A DNA stretch of 64,000 nucleotides from Candidatus Scatovivens faecipullorum. GTDB taxonomy: Bacteria > Bacillota > Clostridia > TANB77 > CAG-508. Positions 48,134 to 57,611 of the stretch are shown one piece after another (position 1 is the stretch's first letter; the number at the start of each line of letters is the position of its first letter). The stretch covers positions 5,456 to 69,455 of the forward strand of contig DVLG01000044.1 in the NCBI GenBank assembly GCA_018715625.1. Reading direction: 5' to 3'. The position numbers were made by a program, and so were the translations under genes. The notes beneath the pieces were generated by a model, which had not been told where the DNA came from, did not search any database, and saw nothing but the letters and a program-made list of their open reading frames with translations.

Positions 48134-49270
48134 TTAATATTTTTCTAGTAATTCTATTAATTTATATGGAGATTCATTTATTTGTCCTTGAATTAACAAA
48201 GCATTTCCTCCACCTTTTATGTCTAAGTTCTCTTTTAATACTTCAAATTTTTCTTTTAAATTCACATTATCGCTCATTATTAAAAATCTTCCATTACATA
48301 TAATTCCAGCAATTTTTGTAGTTTTTTTCTTTAACTTTAAACAATACTTTTTCATATCTTTCATATTCAAGTCATTTTTAATTAAAATTATATTTTCTTT
48401 AGTTTCCATATTATTAATTTCATTTTCAAATAATATATCTGTTAAATTATTTTTATCTTTTTTTAATTTTTCTATTTCTTTAATTAAATTTGAAACTCCT
48501 TCTTCTACCTCATCTAACTTTAAAGATAAAACACTTGAAATTTTAGAAATTTGATTGTAAACCATGTTATAGTTTTCCAAAGCCTGTTTTCCAGCTAGCA
48601 TATAAATTCTAATTCCTGATTTGTATTTCTCTGATTTCAATAATTTTATTATGCCAATTTCTCCTGTTCTTTTTACATGAACACCACAGCAAGCACAAAT
48701 GTCATATTTATTTATTTTTACTAATCTAACTTCTTCTTTTAATTCTATTTTACTTCTATAATTAATACTTTTTATTTCTTCTGGAGTATAAATTTTTGAA
48801 ATTACTTCTATATTTTCGTAAATAGCATTATTTGCCATACTTTCTATTTCTCGTAACTGTTTTTCTGACAATGTTATCTTAAAATCCAATGTTACAAAGT
48901 CTTTTCCAATATGAAATCCTACATTTGAAGTATTGTACTTTTTGCAAATTATTCCAGATACAATATGTTCTGCTGTATGGTTTTGCATATTTTGAAATCT
49001 CTCTTCAAAATTTATTTTACAAAAAACTTTTTTTCCCACATTAATCTTTTTATCTACAATATGATAAATTTCATTTTCTTTTTCTTCAACTTTTAGTACT
49101 CTTACATTATCAATAAAACCTGTATCAGAAGGTTGTCCACCACCTTCTGGATAAAAAGCTGTATTATCTAAAATTATTTTTATCTTTTTATCCTCTTCAA
49201 TACATTCTTTCACAACAGCTTCAAATTCTTTTAAATATCCATCTTTATAATATAAACTATTTTTAATCAT
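48134..49270 (-). CDS. alaX: alanyl-tRNA editing protein (AlaX-L type)
   Basis: 378 aa. Zinc motifs HTAEH and CCGVH. C-terminal DHHA1-like GGG region. Confidence 0.8.
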   Translation of the reverse strand: MIKNSLYYKDGYLKEFEAVVKECIEEDKKIKIILDNTAFYPEGGGQPSDTGFIDNVRVLKVEEKENEIYHIVDKKINVGKKVFCKINFEERFQNMQNHTAEHIVSGIICKKYNTSNVGFHIGKDFVTLDFKITLSEKQLREIESMANNAIYENIEVISKIYTPEEIKSINYRSKIELKEEVRLVKINKYDICACCGVHVKRTGEIGIIKLLKSEKYKSGIRIYMLAGKQALENYNMVYNQISKISSVLSLKLDEVEEGVSNLIKEIEKLKKDKNNLTDILFENEINNMETKENIILIKNDLNMKDMKKYCLKLKKKTTKIAGIICNGRFLIMSDNVNLKEKFEVLKENLDIKGGGNALLIQGQINESPYKLIELLEKY

Positions 49271-49404
49271 AAATTCTCCTATCTTATTCTTTCAATCTTT
49301 ATTATTATAACATAAAAATAAAAGTTTTGGCGAAAATAATAAGAATTTTAAAGAATAATCATCTATTTCAAAACAGCAAACCGTTTCATGAATATTCCGA
49401 TATA

Positions 49405-49436
49405 TAAAAAAATAAGTGAACTATAAAAGTTCACTT
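49405..49436 (-). terminator. terminator after the pilin-like gene
   Basis: Minus-strand hairpin AAGTGAAC-N7-GTTCACTT followed by ATTTTTTTAT. Confidence 0.65.
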
Positions 49437-49455
49437 ACCATTATTTTATTTATAT

Positions 49456-49767
49456 CTATTCTTCAACTTCATTGCTTTCTACATTATTTTCTACAAGATT
49501 TTCATTTACTTCGTTTTCTGATGTATTTGTAACATTTTCATCTTCAGCTACAATATTTTCTGGTTCATCAATATTGATTTCACTTCCTACAACATCTTCT
49601 TCTCCAGTTGTTTCGTCAATTGTTGTTACATTTTGAGTTGCTGGTGGATTTGTTGTTTGTTTTTGTTCATTTGAAAAAACTAATGAAACTGAAATTCCAG
49701 CTAAAACTAATAAAATAATTATTATAAGTATTAATGCAACAAGTGTTATACCTTTTTGATTTCTCAT
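49456..49767 (-). CDS. small prepilin-like protein (class III signal-peptide-like N-terminus, acidic tail)
   Basis: 103 aa. MRNQKG|ITLVALILIIIILLVLAGI resembles prepilin leader plus hydrophobic helix but lacks Glu at +5. The C-terminal half is strongly acidic (E/N/V-rich). Confidence 0.45.
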   Translation of the reverse strand: MRNQKGITLVALILIIIILLVLAGISVSLVFSNEQKQTTNPPATQNVTTIDETTGEEDVVGSEINIDEPENIVAEDENVTNTSENEVNENLVENNVESNEVEE

Positions 49768-50106
49768 TTTAAATTCCTCCTACCTTTCACTTTTGTTATT
49801 AACCATATTTTACACATAATTTTTTTTAAATTCAAGTTTTTTATATGTTTTTTATATATCATTTTTATAACAATATTCAATTCTTTTATATTTTTTGTAT
49901 ATAATATATATAATTATTATTTACCTATTAATCTATCAAATATTAGTAACTAATATTTACGTATTTTTATACATAATATTTGATAATAATAATATTTATT
50001 TTTAAATATATTTATATTATTAATTAAAATCATCATATATATTTTATATTTATTATTTACTAATAAATATAAAATATGAAATAAAAAAATATTCTAGGAG
50101 GTTTTT

Positions 50107-51486
50107 ATGTTTGACGAAATAATTGAAAAAAATAAAAATAATATTTTAAATTCTACTTCTGAATTAATAAAATATAAAAGTGTTTCAAATGAAAACTCTG
50201 AAAATTCTCCATTTGGAGAAGAATGTTCAAAAGCCTTGAATTACATATTAGAACTTGGAAAATCTATGGGATTTAGAACTAAAAACATAGATAATTATTG
50301 TGGTTATATTGAATTTGGAGATGGAAAAGATTTAGTAGGTATAATTGGTCACTTAGACGTTGTACCTGCCAACTTACAAGATGGTTGGTCTACCCCTCCT
50401 TTTGATGCTACAATCAAAGATGGAAAATTATTTGGAAGAGGTTCTATTGATGATAAAGGACCTGTAGTCGCCGCTTTATATGCAATGAAAGCCGTAAAAG
50501 AAATAAGTAAGGTTTCTAAACGTGTTAGATTAATTATTGGATTAAATGAAGAAAAATCTTGGAAATGTATTAATCATTATAAAAAAACAGAAGAATGGCC
50601 TCAAATTGGTTTCAGTCCAGATGCCAATTTTCCCGCAATTTATGCCGAAAAAGGCATTTTATCAGTTGAGCTAAAAAATTTATTTACAATTAAAAATTTT
50701 AAAATTTTAAACATTAACTGTAATAATAATGCTATAAATGTTGTTCCTAAATATTGTTCAATAACACTTGAGACTGAAAATAATGATTTTCTTGAAAGAT
50801 TATTAAATAAGAAAATAAATTCATCATCTTTAAAAATTTCAAAAATAAATTCTTCTAGTCTTAAAATTGAAAGTTTCGGAGTAGCTTCACATGCAGCTCA
50901 TCCAGAATTAGGAAAAAATGCAATAACAAATTTAATAAAATTTTTACTTGAAAATTTTGAATTTAATTCAAATTATTTAAATGAATTATATAAAATAGGT
51001 ATATTTGATATAAAAAACCCAAGTTTCTTAGGTGGAAATAATCTTCAAGATGAATCTGGAGATTTAACTTCTAACATTGCTAATTTAGAATACATAGATA
51101 ATAATTTAATAATAAAATTAAATTTAAGAGTACCAGTAAATACCCAATTGGATTATATAAAAGAAAAGTATTTATATCTTAATAATAAATTTGAAAATTT
51201 AAAAATAAAATTTTTAGGTATTCAAAATCCTTTGTATGTTGAAAAAGATAGTTATTTAGTAAAAACTCTTGTGGATATTTTTAATAAGAAAACAAAATTA
51301 AATTCAGCTCCTATTGCTATTGGTGGTGGAACTTATGCAAGAGCTTTCAAAAATTTTATATCTTATGGTCCTACAATGCCAGGTAAAAATGATATGTGCC
51401 ATCAAGTTAATGAATTTATTGAAATAGATGATTTAATATTATCAGCAAAAATTTATGCTGAAGCAATTTATGAACTTGCAAAATGA
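50107..51486 (+). CDS. pepV: M20-family dipeptidase (PepV/Sapep type)
   Basis: 459 aa. GHLDVVPA, GRGSIDDKGP and C-terminal MCHQVNE motifs. Confidence 0.85.
   Translation: MFDEIIEKNKNNILNSTSELIKYKSVSNENSENSPFGEECSKALNYILELGKSMGFRTKNIDNYCGYIEFGDGKDLVGIIGHLDVVPANLQDGWSTPPFDATIKDGKLFGRGSIDDKGPVVAALYAMKAVKEISKVSKRVRLIIGLNEEKSWKCINHYKKTEEWPQIGFSPDANFPAIYAEKGILSVELKNLFTIKNFKILNINCNNNAINVVPKYCSITLETENNDFLERLLNKKINSSSLKISKINSSSLKIESFGVASHAAHPELGKNAITNLIKFLLENFEFNSNYLNELYKIGIFDIKNPSFLGGNNLQDESGDLTSNIANLEYIDNNLIIKLNLRVPVNTQLDYIKEKYLYLNNKFENLKIKFLGIQNPLYVEKDSYLVKTLVDIFNKKTKLNSAPIAIGGGTYARAFKNFISYGPTMPGKNDMCHQVNEFIEIDDLILSAKIYAEAIYELAK
50812..50871 (+). repeat. in-frame tandem duplication (2 x 30 nt) inside pepV encoding KINSSSLKI twice
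   Basis: AAAATAAATTCATCATCTTTAAAAATT / AAAATAAATTCTTCTAGTCTTAAAATT. All nucleotide differences are synonymous. Confidence 0.85.
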
Positions 51487-51513
51487 AATTAACACCAAGT
51501 AAAGCTACAAAAT

Positions 51514-51546
51514 CAAAAAAGAAAAGTCAAAGACTTTTCTTTTTTG
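51514..51546. terminator. bidirectional terminator between convergent pepV and xerD
   Basis: AAAAGAAAAGTC-AAA-GACTTTTCTTTT. Confidence 0.75.
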
Positions 51547-51554
51547 TATGTATT

Positions 51555-52436
51555 TTATGCTCTTGGGTGAGCTTTTTTATAAATATCTTTTAAATTTTCA
51601 TTTTGGAATTGCATATATACTTGTGTTGAAGAAATATCTGAATGTCCAAGCATAGTTTGAATTGCTTTTAAATCTGCTCCATTTTGTAGAAGATGTGTTG
51701 CAAAAGAATGTCTTAAAACATGTGGTGTTATATCTTTAGTAATATGTGCCTGTTCTTTGTAATATTTAACAATTTTCCAAAAACCTTGTCTTGTTAATCT
51801 TTTTCCATTAATATTAACAAATAATGCTGCAACTGTATCATCTTTTATTAAAATAGGTCTTGCTTTTTCAATATAATCTTTTAAAGCTTTTAAAGATAAT
51901 GAACCTAATGGAATATTTCTCTTTTTAAATCCAGTATTACATGTTACATAACTTTGCTCTAAATTAACATCTGTTATGTCTAAAGAAATTATTTCTGTAA
52001 CTCTCATTCCAGTTGCATAAGCAAACTCTAACATTGCTTTATCTCTAATTCCCTTTAGATCAATGCTTTTAGGTTGTTCTAACAAAAGTTCAACTTCTTT
52101 AGCTGTTAGAATACTTGGAACTTTCTTTTCAACTTTTGGAGATTGTACTCCTATTGTTGGATCTTTCTTTATTTTCTTTGTTCTTAATAGAAATTGATAA
52201 AAAGATCTTATTGTTGCCAAATTTCTAGATATAGTTGATGTTTTCTTATTCATTTGTTTTAATTCTTTAAAATAATCATCTATATCTTCACTATCTACTT
52301 TTAAATAATTTAAACCATTTTTATCTACGTATTCTTGATATTGTGTAATATCTCTTTTGTAAGATTGTAATGTATTACTTGATAGTTTTTTGTCATTTTC
52401 AAGAAACTCTAAAAAAAGTTTAATTTGTTTTTCCAT
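51555..52436 (-). CDS. xerD: site-specific tyrosine recombinase XerD
   Basis: 293 aa. ...ATGMRVTEI..., HVLRHSFATHLL, LGHSDISSTQVY. Located next to spoIIM, as in many spore formers. Confidence 0.85.
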   Translation of the reverse strand: MEKQIKLFLEFLENDKKLSSNTLQSYKRDITQYQEYVDKNGLNYLKVDSEDIDDYFKELKQMNKKTSTISRNLATIRSFYQFLLRTKKIKKDPTIGVQSPKVEKKVPSILTAKEVELLLEQPKSIDLKGIRDKAMLEFAYATGMRVTEIISLDITDVNLEQSYVTCNTGFKKRNIPLGSLSLKALKDYIEKARPILIKDDTVAALFVNINGKRLTRQGFWKIVKYYKEQAHITKDITPHVLRHSFATHLLQNGADLKAIQTMLGHSDISSTQVYMQFQNENLKDIYKKAHPRA

Positions 52437-52550
52437 TACATTATCTCTCCAATCCTAATAGTATTTTTTTCAAAAAAATTATATGTAAACCAAACAATTT
52501 ACATAAGTTATTTATGTTATATCAAATATAAGTCAAAAAGTAAAGAGCTT

Positions 52551-53159
52551 TTAGAGAATTTCTTTTAAAAAAATTAATAAATTAGTTGAAAAATATACTT
52601 CTATACAACTTGAAATTATAGCTAACATAATTGAAATCAACATAATAACTGTATGTCTTATTACTTCTTCTTTTAAGTTTATACATTTTTTATATATCCC
52701 TTTATATAATTTTATTCCATTTTCAGCAATTATAAAAAAAGCCGGTATAAAAATAATATTTTGCATAAAAAGTGATATTAAAGCAAATATCGTTCCATTT
52801 TTTATTCCTAGAGTAGCTATAATTGCAGATATTGTATAACCAATAGAAAATCCTTTATAAATAATTGCAAGATAAATGAAAATTCCACCTAAAATAGTAC
52901 AACCTAAAAACCAAATTAGAATAATAAATAATACATTTTGTTTTATACTTAAAAATAATAATTCCATTTTATTAATATCTTCTGAATTTTTTATATTATT
53001 AATTAGATTTTCTATATGTCCATTTATTTCTTTGATTTGAACTTCATTTGAATTATTTATAAAGAATATTCCAACTGTTATACCTATACAAAATAAAATA
53101 ACAATTACTATAAAATTTTTTTTATTTCTAATAACATAATCTAATAAAATTTTTCTCAT
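52551..53159 (-). CDS. spoIIM: stage II sporulation protein M
   Basis: About 202 aa with 5-6 TM segments. The N-terminal pattern (NKKNFIVIVILFCIGITVGIFF) is typical, and the xerD-adjacent position fits. Confidence 0.75.
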   Translation of the reverse strand: MRKILLDYVIRNKKNFIVIVILFCIGITVGIFFINNSNEVQIKEINGHIENLINNIKNSEDINKMELLFLSIKQNVLFIILIWFLGCTILGGIFIYLAIIYKGFSIGYTISAIIATLGIKNGTIFALISLFMQNIIFIPAFFIIAENGIKLYKGIYKKCINLKEEVIRHTVIMLISIMLAIISSCIEVYFSTNLLIFLKEIL

Positions 53160-53242
53160 CTCATACCCTTTATCTTTTATAATATTTAGCAAATTTTAAA
53201 TGTAATTTACTAATTAATAAAGTGTATTCGCAATTTCTTTAT

Positions 53243-54430
53243 TTATTCTACTTTTCCGTAAACTCCTCCACCGCCTTCTACAATATGCATTTTTCCATCT
53301 CTTGCCAAAATTATATTTTTAGCAATTTTTTCTCCAACTACTGATTCGATATCATCATTAGTCAACTTATGTAATATGGTCATCTCAGTTCCAAAATGAT
53401 TTAATAATTTTTCTATTGTTTTTCCACCCACTCCTGGTATAAATGTAAGTGGTATTTGATAAATATATTCTGGTCTATTTTCTGGACTTTTACTTTGTTT
53501 TTTATCTTTTATTAACTCAATTCTATCATATACTCCCATAGTTATATTTTTACTATCGCAAGTATCGCATTTAATAACAGGAGCATCACCTGGAATTCTT
53601 TTATCACATACCTCACAATAAGTTCTATGATATTTTCCAAGTTTTGGATCAAGTCCATAATTGGCTAAAATTTTTCTTCCGTTTTCATTTTTTAGTGCCA
53701 TTAAAAACTCTTTAAAACTTATTCCTCCTAATTGAATTTTATTATATTCTCTTGCAATTCTAGGTAATGAATGAGCATCTGAGTTTGTTAAAAAAGTTTT
53801 ATTTTCAAGTTCACTGATCTGATCTGCTAAAAATGTATCTGCACTTAAGCCAAGTTCAATGGCTGGTATATCATCAAATTTCTCTTTAAAAATTTTCTTT
53901 AGTGAATCGGTACAATTTCCATAAAAACTTTTATGTGGTGTAAAACAATGTGCAGGAATTAAAATTCCATTATATTTTTTTACTATATCAATTAACTCAT
54001 AAGCTGATATGTCCGCTCTTTGAGAACTTAAAGTTATATTTTTAATATGATTGCTCATTTCTTTTGAAAATTTTTTTATATCTTCAAGTGTTGGAAAATA
54101 GCATAAATTATGAGCACTACCTGTATGACCTTCGTCATTTATTTCTGCTGTTTCAATTTCACTTCCTAAAATTATACAAACTTTATCTTTATATATTATT
54201 CCTCCGTCTGAAATTTCATAAGCCTCTCCAGTTTTCAAAAAATTTTCTATATCTTCTATTACATAAGGTGAAGCGCAATCAATTATTCCAACTAAATTTA
54301 TTCCTTTTCTTTCTACACACTCTTTTGCAATATTTGCAAAATTCAAGCTTTTTGCTGCTGTTATTTTTATTGGTTTATTATTTTCACTTCTTCCAATATG
54401 AACATGTAAATCCGCATATATCTCGTACAT
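53243..54430 (-). CDS. endonuclease Q-like PHP-domain protein (TIGR00375 family)
   Basis: 395 aa. ADLHVHIGRS... PHP start, a zinc ribbon CEVC...CDTC, and a C-terminal helix-hairpin-helix IPGVGGKTIEKLL. Confidence 0.65.
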   Translation of the reverse strand: MYEIYADLHVHIGRSENNKPIKITAAKSLNFANIAKECVERKGINLVGIIDCASPYVIEDIENFLKTGEAYEISDGGIIYKDKVCIILGSEIETAEINDEGHTGSAHNLCYFPTLEDIKKFSKEMSNHIKNITLSSQRADISAYELIDIVKKYNGILIPAHCFTPHKSFYGNCTDSLKKIFKEKFDDIPAIELGLSADTFLADQISELENKTFLTNSDAHSLPRIAREYNKIQLGGISFKEFLMALKNENGRKILANYGLDPKLGKYHRTYCEVCDKRIPGDAPVIKCDTCDSKNITMGVYDRIELIKDKKQSKSPENRPEYIYQIPLTFIPGVGGKTIEKLLNHFGTEMTILHKLTNDDIESVVGEKIAKNIILARDGKMHIVEGGGGVYGKVE

Positions 54431-54604
54431 TTTTTCTCCTTTATTAAATAAATTATATTAAATTCTACTGTGAATTATATGTCAAAAAATCTCATTTTTC
54501 AACAAAATTTTATTAAAAGTAACATAGAAAATTTTTTTAAATATAACTCATTTTTAAGATTCTAACTTTATCTTTAATTCTAACTTTATTTTAATTGTAC
54601 TTTT

Positions 54605-55447
54605 CTATAATACTCTATCTTCCATTTCTGCAATTTTTTCTAAGTCTTTATATAACTCATCATACATATCAGGTGTTATAGATTGTTTTCCGTCACATAA
54701 TGCATGTTCTGGATCATTGTGCACTTCAATTATCAATCCATCTGCACCTACTGAAACAGCTGCCTTAGATAAAGGTTCAACCATCCATCTTATTCCAGCT
54801 GCATGACTTGGGTCTACTATCACTGGAAGATGACTTAATTTTTTAATCATTGGGATTGCAGAAATATCTAAAGTATTTCTCATACTAGTTTCATATGTTC
54901 TTATACCTCTTTCACATAATATAACTTGCTCATTTCCTTCGGACATTATATATTCAGCAGACATAAGCCACTCTTCTATTGTTGCAGAAAGTCCTCTTTT
55001 TAAAAGTACTGGTTTGTTTAGCTTTCCAAGTTTTTTTAATAAATCAAAATTTTGCATATTTCTTGCTCCAACTTGAATAATATCAACATCTCTATCAAAT
55101 ATTTCTATATCATCTGTAGACATAATTTCAGTTACAATTTTTAAACCTGTTGCTTCTCTTGCTTTTTTTAATAACTCTAATCCATCATATTTAAGTCCTT
55201 GAAAAGCATAAGGAGATGTTCTTGGCTTAAAAGCTCCACCTCTTAAAACTGTTGCTCCACTTTTCTTTACTTTTTTTGCAATTTCTATTACTTGTTCTTC
55301 ACTTTCAACAGAGCAAGGCCCTGCTATCATCATTAATTTCTTTCCGCCTACTATTTCTTCACCATTTATTTTAATAACTGTATTTTCTGGATGGTTTATC
55401 CTGCTCGCCTTTTTGTATGGCACATTTTCTTTAACTTTTGTTATCAT
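54605..55447 (-). CDS. aroF: 3-deoxy-7-phosphoheptulonate (DAHP) synthase, class I-beta
   Basis: LMMIAGPCSVES...RGGAFKPRTSPYAFQGL...VDPSH. ATG 55447, with an AAGGAGG RBS, is preferred. The track start at 55483 would run through the terminator hairpin. Confidence 0.9.
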   Translation of the reverse strand: MITKVKENVPYKKASRINHPENTVIKINGEEIVGGKKLMMIAGPCSVESEEQVIEIAKKVKKSGATVLRGGAFKPRTSPYAFQGLKYDGLELLKKAREATGLKIVTEIMSTDDIEIFDRDVDIIQVGARNMQNFDLLKKLGKLNKPVLLKRGLSATIEEWLMSAEYIMSEGNEQVILCERGIRTYETSMRNTLDISAIPMIKKLSHLPVIVDPSHAAGIRWMVEPLSKAAVSVGADGLIIEVHNDPEHALCDGKQSITPDMYDELYKDLEKIAEMEDRVL

Positions 55448-55470
55448 AAAATTCCTCCTTAAATCAAAAA

Positions 55471-55493
55471 AGAGTCTCATCAAATGAGACTCT
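55471..55493 (-). terminator. intrinsic terminator/attenuator immediately upstream of the aroF RBS
   Basis: Minus-strand hairpin AGAGTCTCAT-TTG-ATGAGACTCT followed by TTTTTTGATTTAAGGAGG. Confidence 0.65.
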
Positions 55494-55564
55494 AAATTTT
55501 TTATTTTAAATAATAAATATTAAAATAATATTAATTTTATATCCATGGCTATTTTAATAAAATT

Positions 55565-55708
55565 TTAATATTCTAAAATTATATTTTTATTACTCATTTG
55601 AACGATTAATTTATATTTTAGATAAGCAAAAAACCCTGCGCTAAAATAAAAGCTCAAGAAACCAAAATAGTTATTAAAATAAAATTTATTAACTATATTT
55701 GCTATCAT
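55565..55708 (-). CDS. 47-codon Phe/Tyr-rich small ORF (candidate leader peptide or small membrane protein)
   Basis: My translation: MIANIVNKFYFNNYFGFLSFYFSAGFFAYLKYKLIVQMSNKNIILEY* (8 F + 6 Y). RBS GAAAGGAG lies 9-12 nt upstream. Too short for the ORF track. Confidence 0.4.
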   Translation of the reverse strand: MIANIVNKFYFNNYFGFLSFYFSAGFFAYLKYKLIVQMSNKNIILEY

Positions 55709-55745
55709 CAATATAAAATTCTCCTTTCATTAAGTAATTTTCAAT

Positions 55746-55774
55746 ATATTACCATTTATTTATTATGTTGTCAA
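55746..55774 (-). promoter_or_regulatory. sigma-A promoter driving the small ORF and aroF
   Basis: TTGACA-17 nt-TAATAT with an extended -10 TG (TGGTAATAT) on the minus strand. Confidence 0.55.
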
Positions 55775-55937
55775 ATATTTTTTTATTAATAATATAAATT
55801 TTATTACTAAAATTTCATATTTTATTTTCTCTATTTAGCAAAATCTAATACATATTTTTTCACTTAAAATATAATTCTTGAAAATTTAATACTTTAAAAA
55901 ATATTCTATAATACTATTATTAAAAGACTATTTAAAA

Positions 55938-56945
55938 TTAATCTATTTGAATTCTATCTTTTTTGGTTTCCTCAAATTGTATTCTTAGTTTTTCAAATTT
56001 TTTTTCATATTCAGTTTTGTTTATTTTTTCTGCAATTTTCATTGCCTCACTATATTTTAAATCGAATAATTCTATTAGTTTTGCTTTTAAATATTCTCTA
56101 TTTATTGTGTTTTCAGCTTTTATCATATCTAAAAATCTAATTATTGTTTCAAAATATTTTCTATAACAATCTAATACTAAATCTTCTAAATTAATTTCTT
56201 TTGCTAAATTCATACAGTACTCAATTCCATCTAGCATTAATAATCTTTCTTCACTAAATGGTCGATTTACAGTACTTGTTTTTCTTTGTACATAAACATA
56301 TTGTACTTTATGCAATTTTAAATTTTTCTTAGTATTATAATATAATTTATACATAGTTCCCCATTCTTCGTAAATCCTTACTTCTGAAAAACGTATATTT
56401 TTAAAAACTTCTTTTTTATATATTTTATTTACTTTTACTATTGTTTCTAAATAATCTGCAAAGTCTTCCCCAAATAATTTTCTTAATCCACCAACTCCGT
56501 CATAAACTTCTACGGTTTCATTTTCATCTACCTCAAATTCTTCTATGTAAACTTTTTCAATATCTTCTTCTTCCTTAACTTTTATCATTGAACATTCTGT
56601 TATATCTGTATCATATTTTTCTGCAAGTATATATAGATTTTTATAGAAATTTTTATTTATGTAATCATCTGGATCTGAAAAACCAATATAATCTCCTCTA
56701 GCTATATCAAGACCTAAATTTATAGCACTAGCTTGACCACCATTGTTTTTATGTATAACTTTAATTCTATTATCTATATTAGCATATTCATCACAAATTT
56801 TTCCACTTTGATCAGTAGATCCATCATCTACTAATATTATTTCTAAATTTTTATAAGTTTGGTTTATTATAGAATTTATAGATCTTCTTAAATATTTTTC
56901 TATATTATAAACTGGTACTATTACACTAATTAACTTATCTTCCAT
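55938..56945 (-). CDS. family 2 glycosyltransferase
   Basis: 335 aa. ISVIVPVYN...NQTY...EIILVDDGSTD...DPDD motifs. Confidence 0.9.
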   Translation of the reverse strand: MEDKLISVIVPVYNIEKYLRRSINSIINQTYKNLEIILVDDGSTDQSGKICDEYANIDNRIKVIHKNNGGQASAINLGLDIARGDYIGFSDPDDYINKNFYKNLYILAEKYDTDITECSMIKVKEEEDIEKVYIEEFEVDENETVEVYDGVGGLRKLFGEDFADYLETIVKVNKIYKKEVFKNIRFSEVRIYEEWGTMYKLYYNTKKNLKLHKVQYVYVQRKTSTVNRPFSEERLLMLDGIEYCMNLAKEINLEDLVLDCYRKYFETIIRFLDMIKAENTINREYLKAKLIELFDLKYSEAMKIAEKINKTEYEKKFEKLRIQFEETKKDRIQID

Positions 56946-57190
56946 ACTAAATCTTCCATTTCTTATATCATAATATACTATTTATAATATTTTACAACAA
57001 ATATTCTTAAATTTCTACATTTTTTGTTAAGTTATGCAATTTTCTATTTTTAGATATTAATATAATTAATTACAACATAATTAGCATACAGTTTAATCGT
57101 ATTATTTTTGTTTTTATAGTTTTCAATATTTTTATAAATTAATGTTTTTAGAATTTTCACACTGTTTAATTTATAATATAAAAGTAAACT

Positions 57191-57208
57191 GGGGAGCAGT
57201 TGCTCCCC
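57191..57208 (-). terminator. GC-rich hairpin downstream of the 98-aa orphan gene
   Basis: GGGGAGC-AGTT-GCTCCCC. T-rich sequence follows on the minus strand (AGTTTACTTTTAT). Confidence 0.45.
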
Positions 57209-57266
57209 AAAAAACAGTTTTAATAGTTGATTAAAGAAAAATAATTTCACACTTTTATATAATTTA

Positions 57267-57563
57267 TTAATTATTCACATAAATAATTGCTACTTTATCT
57301 CTTTCTTTAATCACAGGTTTTGAAATTCCGTGAGCAGTGTCTAAAACCACTCTATTAGCATTCATTTTCGCAAGTGAATGAATTAGTGATGGATAATCAA
57401 CTAAGGTTTCAGCTATCATCGTTGCTATATGCTGCTCCCTTATTTCAATTTTGTCCAAAACATTCCATTCTTTCTGTGTAATGTTTTCTGCCATAAGACA
57501 TGTCTGCTCTGCTTTTCCATCAGCGTTAAGTAACGCCATTAATGATTGTTTTACCGTTCTCAT
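57267..57563 (-). CDS. orphan 98-aa protein of unknown function
   Basis: AGGAGG RBS, its own consensus promoter and its own hairpin. About 34% GC by my count, with frequent G/C-ending codons (CAG, GAG, GTG, ACG, GCG). No motif recognised. Confidence 0.6.
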   Translation of the reverse strand: MRTVKQSLMALLNADGKAEQTCLMAENITQKEWNVLDKIEIREQHIATMIAETLVDYPSLIHSLAKMNANRVVLDTAHGISKPVIKERDKVAIIYVNN

Positions 57564-57611
57564 ACGGCATTTCCTCCTAATATGTGATCAGTCACGTTGT
57601 TTCCAAATATT

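Noticed and set aside
50039-50077. Perfect 17-bp inverted repeat (ATATTTTATATTTATTA-TTTAC-TAATAAATATAAAATAT) about 25 nt upstream of the pepV RBS
   Set aside because: Both arms are pure A/T. With about 7 kb of two-letter intergenic sequence and free spacer length, roughly one such match is expected by chance. An operator role cannot be excluded but is not supported.
54559-54589. 13-nt direct repeat ATTCTAACTTTAT x2 just downstream of aroF
   Set aside because: Only two short AT-rich copies. It has no array structure and is not CRISPR-like.
57050-57250. 66-aa ORF downstream of the 98-aa orphan gene
   Set aside because: It runs straight through the GGGGAGC/GCTCCCC terminator hairpin. It is L/K/N/Y low complexity with no RBS.
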